This document shows positions 30,401 to 42,727 of a DNA stretch of 64,000 nucleotides, in pieces. The position numbers and the translations under genes were made by a program. A model generated the notes under the pieces. It had not been told where the DNA came from, made no database searches, and saw only the letters and a program-made list of their open reading frames with translations. This stretch comes from Podarcis tiliguerta (taxonomy: Eukaryota): assembly GCA_965153285.1 (NCBI GenBank), contig OZ229119.1; one strand, 5' to 3'. The stretch's first letter is position 1. Each line of letters begins with the position of its first letter.

Positions 30401-33400
30401 AGTGGAAAGAGGTGGTGGTTCAAAGAGTGGTCCTTTTTCACTCTCTCTTTCAGCTTTATGTGCTTTTCAAGGTTCAGATTAATTTTACTGGATCTAATGG
30501 ACTGACTAAAAGTCTTTTTCAAGCAGAATATTTTAATTTCTAGTACAATATACAGAACAAACAATAAAGTAGCAGGCATGCTACTCCATGTAGCAATAAT
30601 TTGCAGATTAATACATTAATTCTAAGAGATATTTCTTTATCTCTCTCAGCAGTAGCAGGTAATACTTTCCAATGCCATTAATATTTTGGATGCTCCTAAG
30701 ACACAAGAGGAAGTAATCATGAGCAACCTCCAGAGAAAGTATTTTGAGCTTGCAACAGATTTTACAAAAATCAAATTGATGAGGCAGGAAGGCTTATCTG
30801 TTTCTTATCAGCAGCAGGCAAACCTTTAAAATACCATTCATTTAGATCTAAAATGCAAATTACAGCTTCCAACTGAAGTGCTGTCAGCTATTCTCTTTGA
30901 TGCAAAGTAAAATTTTAAACAAAGAAACATTTGTTTCTAAATTAACGATAACTTCCAAGTTTCTCCGAATTGTGTTTAAACATCTTATGCCCATTACCTT
31001 TATATCTACAGTTTCTTCCAAATACAAAGGCTGTGCTCCTAAGCATATTTACTGGGAAGTTCCCTTATGTTTAGGCTCAGGTTGTTGCCTTTTTGTGAAT
31101 GATTGTGTGAATGTAGAATCTTGCCGATGGTTGTGACTTTTCTGCATTCAGAAGGCTTTGGCTGTATCACATGATCACTGTTCCAATGGAGTCACCCCCC
31201 ACCTTGTGAACAGCAGACTTTTTTATTATTATTTTTAAAAAAGTTGGATTTGAAGAAGCCACCAGCTGAGGCACTCTAATATATTAGAAGCTGATCTGGT
31301 CACTGGGAAAGTAAACGCAGAAGCTGTGTTTTGGCTAGAAGCCAAAGCTATTGTTCAGGATTTCAACTAAAAAGACCCCTTCTCCTGTATCCTCTCCGTC
31401 TGCAGGGTCACGTAGGGATAAAAAGAACTGTAAGGTGGTCTTCTCCCAGCAAGAACTGCGGAAGCGGCTGACACCTTTGCAATACCATGTTACTCAGGAG
31501 AAAGGGACTGAGAGGTAAGGTATGGCCATGTGGTCAATGAGAAACACAGGCCTCTCCTCTTTCAATCTGCTGCTGTTTTCTCCTCAGCTGACAGCTTCAA
31601 GAAATTTAGCACTTGTTTACTAACTTATACAAATTAACACCACCAAACCGCAGGAATTTGCGGAGGGGAGGGCAAGGTCACGGACTTCATAAATATAAAA
31701 TGAACGCTATTCTGTCCCTTAGCTTCTTCTTGGGGTCTGTTTTCAGTTTACTACAAAATGTGTGGAAGTAATGGCAGTTAAGAGAGTCTTTTGTTGTTGT
31801 TGTTTTGGGGGAGGAGGGTGGAGACACCGCAGTAAGCAGAACCATAAGGGAAATAGCCCTGTGCCATTTAAAGGTGAAGTTTTGAAGGTGGTCATTGTAT
31901 GTACAGATAGTTTGGCTGGGGGTCGGCAAGAGTAAGAAGGTAGCATATTTTCATTCCTTTTCCACTTTCTGTATTGAAGCACATGTGGAGAAAGTATTTA
32001 TTGGCTCATTTGTGGCTGGAATGTCAAATATTTTCAATAACTGCCCTCACATGGCTTTAGACCTTGAAAGCAAGCTCTAAATCCTGGAGAAGGGTGGGGT
32101 GGGGTGGGGTGGGGGGGAGAGACAAGAGAGCTAATTCCTAAGGCTCTTGCTGTGAATATAATTTATCTCAGCTGATTTCTAGAATGAGGAGGAGGCGGCG
32201 GTCACCTCGGTCAATGTCTAACCATTTTGCTGCATGCAGGTTCGATCCCCATTTGGCCCAGTTGCATATTCCTGCAGGGCTGGACTAAATGATCCTCAGG
32301 GTCCATTTCAACTCTGCAATTCTATGATTCTCTGTTTCTTCTGACCATGGAGTTTAAAGTCAGGCCTGCTTCCGTTGCAATAGCAATAGTAGTAGTAGTA
32401 GTAGTAACAACAACAACAATTTATTTATACCCTGTCCATCTGGCTGATTTTCCCCAGCCGCTCTAGGTGGCTCCCAACAGAATACTAAAAACACGATAAA
32501 AGATCAAACATTAAAAACTTCCCTAAACAGGGCTGCCTTCAGATGTCTTCTAAAAGTCAGACAGTTCTTTATTTCCTTGACATCTGGTGGGAGGGCGTTC
32601 CACAGGGCGGGCGCCACTACCGAGAAGGCCCTCTGCCTGGTTCCCTGTAACCTCACTTCTCGCAGTGAGGGAACCGCCAGAAGGCCCTCGGAGCTGGACC
32701 TCAGTGTCTGGACTGAACGATGGGGGTGGAGACGCTCCTTCAGGTATACTGGGCCGAGGCCATTTAGGGCTTTAAAGGTCAGCACCAACACTTTGAATTG
32801 TGCTCGGAAACGTACCGGGAGCCAATGTAGGTCTTTCAGGACCGGTGTTAAATGCAATCTTTCATTCTATTCCCATTTCCAAAAAACCTCCTTTGCCACA
32901 TGTGGGGTCCTGTTTAATTGGCAACAGTCTTCCTGTCGGAGTCGCCTTTTTACTAGACTTTCTGAATGGTGATCACTGGCACAAGGTTGTCTGTGCCCCC
33001 ACAACAAACTGGTGGTGGTGCTTTTCCCCAGCTCAGTAGGCCTTCCAGGCAAGTCGTTTACTGTTGTGTAGAAGATTAGCAAAAATGATTTAGTGTGCAC
33101 AAACAACCAGGGTTTAGGTCATTTTTAAAAAATCCTGTTTATAAAAAAATATATTGGACCCCCATAAAAAGGGTGAAAAGATAATAAAAACAAGCTGCGG
33201 AGCACATAGACTTTTTGTTGGAATAGCACAGCTGAATTGTATTAGTTGAATGACCTCCTAGCCTTTTAGATTGTTAACTTAGAAAAATATTCCCTTAAAG
33301 CAGTAATATTCCTTTTCAAATAAAAATATAGAGCTCACACAGCTTGAAATCATGGGCCAGTTTTCTTCTCCTCCTTTTCTGTTTGATTCTCTTGGTAGTC

Positions 33401-36400
33401 CTGCCCAATCTCCCACAAAGATCTTGCACTACTGCATAGTTTAATGCAAAAGATCAAGACTATGATATGGAAATGTTGTTAAGATGTTTAGTATTGAGAT
33501 TTATTTTAAAATTACCATAATGATTCAGGTGCAAAAAAAAAGAGAAAAGGGCTTGATCGAAAACGTCTAGCTACTTGTAAGCAATTCTGTACTTTGACAT
33601 CTGAACAATAGTTTCTTTTCATAAACAGGACACATTTATGTTGCTGTTCAGATTTTAATATGCACCTTTTTTGTTTCTGAAGAAAGAACAATAATTCACA
33701 AACCATGAAGTACCATTTATATTGGAATATACCGTATTGGCCTGAATATAACCCGTACTTCCCCCCCAAATTCCGACTGTGAAAAGTTAAAGTGCGGCTT
33801 AAATTCGCAACCTTACAAAAATTGGCTTTTACAGTATTGCTGCTGAACAGACATCTGGTAAAATGGAACGGGTGTGAGTGCAGGCGTAATTTTAAGGGAG
33901 CGGCTTATATTCAGGTATTGTCTTTTTTTCTCCCCCACCCTTGAATTTTAAAGGTGTGGCTTATTTGTGGGTGCGGCTTATATTCAGGCCAATATGGTAT
34001 AAGAGTTGAACATAACAATTTCACTGTCAATGCAATGAGAGTTCCCTATCTGGATGTCATAATTTTGTTTGATATGCATTTTGTTGTAATGTTAATGAAA
34101 TGAAGTTCTAACAAAAATTCTTTCAAAGCGTTAATTCTATAATGCAACTGCAAGCTATCACTCTACTTTGGAACTCATTTTTAAAATAAAAGCCTGACTA
34201 ACTTTTCAGAGACCTTTTAATTGCATAACTTTCTAAAGAAATGCCTGAAGTAACTGATATTAGAGTTTGAAGTCTTGTTTTTTCTGTTTTATTTTACTCC
34301 AAGAAGACCCATTTATCCTAAATAGAACCCAATAAGGCAAACATGTATGTACAAAATATTTTTTTCATTGTGTTCCCATTGAGATCCCAAGATGAAATTT
34401 TGTAGGTAGATCTTAGAAATATTAAATAGGCAATACATTTTTTTAAAAAAAACTTTAATCTTTTTTTTATTGTAACTTAAATTAAAAATTTAAAGTAAGT
34501 CCATCTTGTGGCATATCATATTAAAGTCCATGAAGTTCTGAAGAGATTGGTGTTTTTAGTTCTGACGTATCTCAATGCTGGGCTGAGCTTTTAAGATTTC
34601 AGTGTAGTCCGACAAGGCCAAAAATGTCATTTTTTTGAAATTTCAAACCCTCATAACTCAAAAACGGGATGAGATAAAAAGCTAAAATTTTAGATTTAAA
34701 CTTAGTTTTAATATTTAATATTAAGAAAATTGGATGACATGAGGTTATAAAGTTGGACAACTTGATATGGAATAACCTGTTTGCTAAAGTACTGTGTTGC
34801 TGTTTTGTTCTAGTGCCTTTGAAGGAGAATACACACATCACAAAGCTCATGGAATATACAAATGTGTTGTTTGTGGAACTCCTTTGTTCAAGTGAGTAAA
34901 TTAAACATAGTTACAAAATAATGGTGGCTCTGGTGTTTTGAGTGTTACATATGTGCTATAGAGGTGGATGTTAAGGTACTTCATACTGATCTCACTATGG
35001 CTGATGGGAGTTGTAGTCCACAATGTGTGGAGGGTACCTGGTTGGGAAAAGCTGCCCTGAACAGAAGCAGCATAACTGAACTCCTTGTTGATGGAGAATC
35101 TCAAGGGCTACTGTAGCCCCTGCATGTAAGACTCGCCTTCAATTCATACTGGATCAAGATTCACGCAGAGCAAATCATCAGTGCAGACACATTATAATGG
35201 AACCAAAAACACTGGGCTTTATGTGAGCATAGACTAAAGGATGATATAAAAAGCATCAGTTCAAGGGTTTCTCTATTCCTTACCACCATAAACAAGAATT
35301 TAAACTTATGTTGGAAGTTCATAGTCTAGCATTCATTACATTTCTCCACACAGAGTCAGGGTCATCATTATAACCTCTGCTATTTTTGAAGAACCATCAC
35401 AATTGTAAAATATGGGTAACAGAATTTGGCTTCCTTCCCATCCCCTGAACTCCATGTTTCTGAGAGTTGCTGTTAATTTTTTGTTCTTTGCACCATTGTA
35501 GTCTGTAACTATGTCATCATGACCTGTGAACCAGTTATTTTTGCCAGGAAAGGGAGAATGGTTCTTCAGCACTAAGATTAACAAACTTCACCTTTAATAG
35601 ATCTGATTTATGCTGCTTCATTACTGTGTGGCACGTAAGGTCAAGGAACACATGAATTTTGCTCTGCAGATGAAAGACCTGAGGTTTCTTGGTACACGTT
35701 TAAAATAGAATTCTACCCTTATCAGCAAGGAACCAGTGAAACTCAATCTCACTCTTCATTTAATTTGATCGTTCCAGCAACTTGAAAAGCTACAAGGTAT
35801 TTAATTGTGACCACCACCACCACTTTTCTATAATGAAATGTGGCATAGTCTTACAATTATTGCCCAGAAAAATCCAGCTTTACATTTGCAAAAATGCAAC
35901 TGAGAGTCATTTTGCTTAGGAAATTTACCCGCATCTGAAGTGGGGGTAATCTTAGCTTTCCCTGTAAACTTCCTACAGGTAGTTGTGTTATGAGTCCCTG
36001 TTACAATAAAAAAAATGCTTTGTTTCCTAATGAATTGTTTTATAGAAACTTGCAGAAAGAGCTCTTTTCTTGCAGAAAGAGCCCTTTGCCTGAGCTTTGT
36101 AGCTGGTGGAATGGGGGAATTGCAGGACCTGAGATGCAGAGTGGGCCATGCCCCTGCCTGACTTGGGAGGGGAAAGTTTGATTTTATAGTTTTAACTGAT
36201 TTTTATCTTTTATACCTTTGCAAACTGCTTAGAGACTATTGCAGCTGAATAGTATATAAATTGTTTAAACACACACACACACACACACACACACAGCGGG
36301 AAGCCTGACTATTTAAACCATCCATGCCCTGAGGATCAGGCAGTTAGGGGTTTCTTCTGCACCTCATTTGATGTGTCATTGTGGGGCATGGTTTTCACTT

Positions 36401-39400
36401 TTCGCAGAGCAGTGGACTGGGGTGGAGATATTTAGTAGATCAGGCATAGGCAAACTCCGGCCCTCCAGATGTTTGGGACTACAATTCCCATCATCTCTGA
36501 CCACTGGTCCTGTTAGCTGCGAACTGCAGTCCCAAACATCTGGAGGGCCGGAGTTTGCCTATGCCTGTGGTAGATGTCTAATTTAGCTAATTTAACTTTT
36601 ATTTTCATCACAACTTGGCCTCTGGACTAGTGGTGAAGGAAGAGCCAGTTAGAAGTAGGACAGAAGAAATGTAACAGGATTCGGTAAGGGAATTTAGCAA
36701 AGCTAGGATAGGGCTGGCAGTGTCTATTTAATACTTAACTCGTTTACAAAATAACAAATATTTATGAAAAACTGTGGTACAGTGCCATGCAATATTAAGC
36801 AGAACTACAATGCAATGCAGTAAAATAACAAGTTTAACCCCCTCCGTTCACCAGCCCCGCCTACCTGCCAACCCCTCTTCCCTTTACACCTGACCAAACC
36901 CCTCTACCTTCATCCTTCATCTATTATCCCCTCAAAGTTTCCCTATGCATTTGATAAGAATGGGCAGAATCCAGCTGCCTTTTGTCTGCTCCCTACCGCC
37001 TTGCCCACATGCTACCCCCTGCACAGGAGCTGCTTGCCACCAGGGGTGACAACTTGAAAAAAATATTTTTTTACCGGGGGGGGGGAGCCCCGCCCCACAT
37101 TATTGATCACATGATATGGTGCATGCACACCATTTAAATGACAATGCCCATTAACTTTGGGGTCCCTGCCCCCCTCAAATAGTTTATGGGGGGCAAAGAC
37201 CCCTCAGCCCCTAGGTGTTGGCTCCAATGCAAACCACCAGCCACCTTTCCCCATTGGCAGCCACCGGCTTTCTTTTGTATAAAGTATAGAGGTACATACT
37301 AGCTTTCACAGCAGGATTAGCCCCTAAAACACTGCCTATGGTCTCTGCCTATATACTAATAATGGCTCTATTAAGTTGTCAGTCCTCATGTTGCAAGCGT
37401 GACAGCACTAGGTAGGCATATTTGTTTAGGAAATATCTGATACACAAAGGGGAAATGAGGTAGCCTGATTTGAATCAAAATTGCCCTGCTTGTGGGAGAG
37501 CGTACAAACGAATTCTGCGGGGCTTGTACAGGAAAATGTCCTGTGGATTGTGCCCAAAAGAAACAAAAGTTGGCAGTAAGATTGCTGTCAGAATTCTTTT
37601 TTTTATTATTATAATAAAAAATACACTATTTATACCCTCAGAGTAATGTGTGAAATTTATGGCCATATAGCAGGCTCACTGAGTTCTGTATACCCACTCA
37701 CCCGTTCGTGGCCTTGAGCAGGCAATATTCTCTTTACTGGAAGGGTGTTCACTTGCAGTGGAGATTAATGCTTTGATTCATGCTGCTGGTGCACTGTTCA
37801 GTACGATTAGAATATATTTTTGGCTGAAAATCTTTGCTTCTTTTCCCACCCTTTGAACATATTGAGGGTTTCTTAGTGGAACAAAGCAACCATTTTCCAT
37901 ATATACTGCCCCTTTTTTCCCTTGGCTTTTCTGACTCTTTCCATCGCCATCTAATGACTTATTCCAGTTAACTTGAAGTTATGGGTTTTAAAAAATAAAT
38001 TTATAGTGCTTTGCACTAATTTGTTTTGGGGTGGGGGATTTTTATGTTTAACACAGAACAGTTTGCAATTGTTGCTTTGGCGAAAGACCTGTACAACTCC
38101 CCAAAGCGCACCAATGTCTTCTTGTGGATTCAAGGAATCTGATATTTCCTACATGGCTTGGGTGCACTTCCCTATATTCTATAGGGCAGGGGTGGGAAAT
38201 CTGTGGCACCTCCAGGTTGTGGGTCTCCCATCAGCCCCAACCAGTATGACTTGTGGTCAGGGATGTTGGGGGTTGTAGTTCAACAATATCTGCAGGGCCA
38301 TAGATTCTCCATCAACACCTTACTAAATACGGCTACAGAAATAACAGGCTTTAGGAAGATTCCTACCAATCAGCACTCGGAACTTGCTGTGGCAGGGTGT
38401 GTGTGTGTGCGTGTGTGTGTGTGTGTGTGTGCGTGCGCATATGTATATAAACACACACACACACATCACTGATGGTTAATTTGTGATATAATTCTGGCTA
38501 GAGTATGCCCACTAATTGGTTTGAGAGTTAGACCTAGACAATGCTTCTTATAGCTGTTCCTTCGGATAGAACTAGTCATAGGGTTAATTCTGCTTGACAG
38601 CACTTCAGCAGCATCTTGAAAGCAATTACCCAACTTGCGTTTTCCCACAGCTGAATTGAGAGCTTCAAAGGCTTCTGAGTTTAGAACTATCATTAAGCTA
38701 TATCTGAAACATGATGTTCCCACAAAGGCTAATTTCCCCTCTCTTCCCCGCTCCTCCCCCTCATTATTAAATCTACAGCCTACTGGGTTCTTTTGTGGTA
38801 TGCTAAACACATAAGATATCATGTAATAAACAGGCAAAATTGGTAGTATAGAATGGGCATGGTAATTGTATGTTTTGTGTGTACTAGTCTCTTGTTCTCT
38901 GGGTTTTCCAGCCTTCCCTGTTCTTAAGGGAAACAACCATTTATTTACTGAGGGGACAGATTAACATGCACATTGATTAAAACCGTCTTATGATGCTTTC
39001 CAAAGAAATAAATCTGTGTGATGATAGAGGATAAATGACATGGTGTTTGTAACTCTCACAATGTATTTCTTCTATTTTTAACTTTATGGAGAGGGGTTGT
39101 GGGTTTTTTGTGTGTGTTCTGTGATTATTGATCAAGGTTTCTAATGTAAAAATACACTGAGAATATGTTTAGGAACAAATGTGTTTACAGGTGAGGTGCA
39201 TTAATATATAAGTTTGCTATTTGTACTTCAGTCATGGGTTTCTCATGACATAAACAGTTCTTTATCATTAAAGGATTCCTCCTCCCCCTCCCCCTCTTTC
39301 TCTCTCTATTTTAGATCAGAAACAAAGTTTGACTCCAATTCAGGTATGTTTAGGTTTACATTTTTATGTTGACTGTATGCTGTTTTCATGTTGTTCCCCA

Positions 39401-42400
39401 AAGAGTAATTTATCAGTTCAAGTGCAGCCTTAACTTTAAACAGTCTGGAACAAGCCAATCTTTTGAATAATCTCAGGTTTCAGATTGCCTTAAACAGTGC
39501 CATTATTGTGAATGGCAGTGCTTTTATTCCTTTCATAGCTTCAAGTCTCTTTAATTTTACTCTTTTATGTTAGAATGATTGCAAGGAAACCATGTCAGTT
39601 CTGCATTAGGTTTTGAATGATATAGCAGGCTGAGAGAAGTGGACTTTGGGAATATTGACTGTTTTAAAAGGATATTTTTCTTCCTGGAGGACAAAGCTAT
39701 TTCACGGGCATGAAGTCTGAGCAGCCAATACATCAGGAAACAGGTTATTTGTCACCAAATTTTCATGACATGTCCATGTATACTTGCATGCCAGACAAGG
39801 CTATAGATTTCTCTCTAGGTGGTTAATTTAAATGTCTGTTTCTTTTAGATATATAAGAAATATTGATGTCATAGGCTCTAAAAAGCAAAACATTCCAAAA
39901 GTTAATTTAAATTGAGCAGGAGAAAGTATGCATTCTAGCAAACTGGCTGACTTTCTTAAATCAAGGGTGGTGGTAGAAGAATCTGAGTTGCATTTCCTTC
40001 AGCAAAGTTTAATGGTAAAATCTTCTTTCCTGCTGAGAAGTTGAAGTGGCTTCCCTATAATTAAAGCTCTCTGAATTCTTTGACAGAGGCTTTCCATTTA
40101 GATTTTTCAGTGATTCTGTTTAGCCTTACTATGAGAATTAACAGGCAGCAGCACCATGATACAGTTTATTTGTGTCTACATATGTTAATTCAGAACTGAG
40201 AACACTGTGCTATATCCTATATACAATATGTAGAACAGACTTGCCCAGTTAAAACATTAAATCTTTGTAATGCTGCTGTAAATTCATTGCATTTTGTGCC
40301 CAAGGGGTAAGTTAGTGCTGCATAATAGCCCTTAATTATGGGAAGGATCCCTAGATCTGTGGAGATCTGACTCTTCAGCCATCAGAAGAACTCTGGGATT
40401 CTGGAATATGGCTGTAGACCAGGGACAGGCATAGGCAAACTCGGCCCTCCAGATGTTTTGGGACTACAACTCCCATCATCCCTGACCACTGGGGTCCTGT
40501 TAGCTAGGGATGATGGGAGTTGTAGTCCCAAAACATCTGGAGGGCCAAGTTTGCCTATGCCTGACCTGGGATGTGGAAGAAGTCATGGCTCTCTTAAAGT
40601 TATTGAATTCTAACTCCCATGAGGCCCAGCCAGCATGGTCAATTGTTAGGGATGATAGGCACTGCAGTATCCAGAGGACCGCCAGTTCCCCACCCTTGAT
40701 TGCCAAGCTTTATAACCTTTAGTGTATATATGCATATCTTACTGGGAAGTACACCTGAAACATAGCCACGCATCATTACCTGTTCTTGCATCCCCCTTCT
40801 TATAATTACGTGGTTGTAGTAGTAGCTGCTGCAACATGGCTGTTTCCTTTGACATTAAGGTAATGAAGAAACCCCAGGGCAGGTGGGAGGAAGTGACAGT
40901 AGATGGAAGAGATGCCTAGTAGCTTCTTCAAACATGGCCTATGGTCTTCCTAGATGGAAGAGATGCCTAGTAGCTTCTTCAAACATGGCCTATGGTCTTC
41001 CATGATACTCAGCAGGGCACAGGGCCATCTTTACCTGGGGGTGCAATGAGTGCGAGGCACCCGGGTGCCGAATTTTGGGGGGCTCCAGGGGCCCCCGCTG
41101 AAACCGCCTAAGCTCTTAACCTGTTATGAAATAATAAATCATTTTGATCAAGCTAGAAAACATACATATATGCCTAGGTATTACTGAAATGTATACCTAC
41201 TGTTTCACTGAAGGACTTTCGACTTTGTGTGCTCATTTACCCAAGACGCACTGCGCCAGCGGTGGCGCTTGTCGTTCACAATGGCGCCGTTCACGCGGAA
41301 TTAACTCTTACATCAAAATATTATGTAACGTATTGTATTGAGCTGCTATGCGGCAGCGGGGGTCAGTGGCACCTTTGACACGACTGATGTTTCCCCTAAG
41401 TAGGTGCCTAAACAATGCTCATAAGTTTAAGTGTGGTGGTGTTGTATACTTAAGTATAAGTGTATTGTAAATAAATGAGTAAATAAAAAAGTTTGTTTCT
41501 TTTTCCTCCCTTCTTTCGTAAACAAGAGATAAGGCGTAAGCGTGGTGTCTGACATAAGCATAATGAAAGTTAATTTGGGGGCTAAACTAAATTTGGGGGC
41601 GCTGGTCGGATCTTTGCACCCCGGCGGTGCTTATGTTGAAGACAGCGCTTGCAGGGCAGGTGGTAGGTGTATTGCAGTTGTTCTGGTGCTTCCACAATGT
41701 ACAGGAAGAAGTGGGATGGAGACCACATTTAGGTTTTATCATAAGATATGGAATAAGCTGGATATATATATGCTTATTATAATTGACCTCAGAATTGTGT
41801 GAATATCCTAGCAGGTTTTCTCAACTCCTGGATAGAATATGACAATTTTGATGAATAAGTCTACTTGTTTTACTTTTTCTTGGGTCTGCTATTACAATTT
41901 CTAGCTCATTTAATTAAAGAGGCTCATTTCTTGAATACTGTTTTTGTTGCTCTGCTTCTGCACACTAGTCCAGAGCACACATTTTCTCCTTCCTTGGACA
42001 ATTCCCTCTGTTGGAGAGGAAATGTATTTGGAAAAACCATTTATAAGGCACAAATAGCTTGATAATTTCTGTGATTTTTTGTGGTGAAAATAACATGAAG
42101 AATTACACAGATTTATTTCCTTGTAATAAAAGCAAAGTCTGCATGCAGTTATGAAAGGACCAATTTATTAATTTCAACTACAAAATCTGGAAACCTCGTA
42201 CAGGGCTGAAAGACTGAGGAAAACATTGTCTATGCAACATGAATTTAACTTCAAAGTGAAACAAAAATTTAAATTAATGTTTGATATTCATCATGCAAAT
42301 GGCTATAACATCTGTACAGAAATGCACATTCTTCACTTTGATGGCCAGAAGTTTATTTACTTTAGTAACACTAATCTTTTGCTGAAAGAAATTCGCCACT

Positions 42401-42686
42401 CAATGTAGATACTCCTGTGTAAGAAAACAATTATATTATTTTCTGTTTTTGAAACTTAGTGTCATAGAATAAACTGATGCATAGATTAAAATGTTGCACT
42501 ATACTTTTAACTTTAAAGAGGTAAGAAATTGAACTAATCGGCATTTCATAAACAGCTGATTGAAGGGAAAGAGGTACTTCTATGGAAATCCAGCTTGCCT
42601 TGTGGGGAAAAGATTTAAGAGCACGAAGAGTAGTTGCTGGCAAGCAGGAATCATGCTAATATTCAATAATAATAATAATAGTTGTA

Positions 42687-42727
<41 letters not shown>

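Noticed and set aside
38466-38936. 156-aa minus-strand ORF, and the many other 60-120-aa intronic ORFs
   Set aside because: No recognisable domain or supporting splice structure; expected by chance in six-frame translation with alternative starts.
40900-41001. Direct repeats as a CRISPR-like array
   Set aside because: Two abutting copies with no spacers, in eukaryotic intron context.
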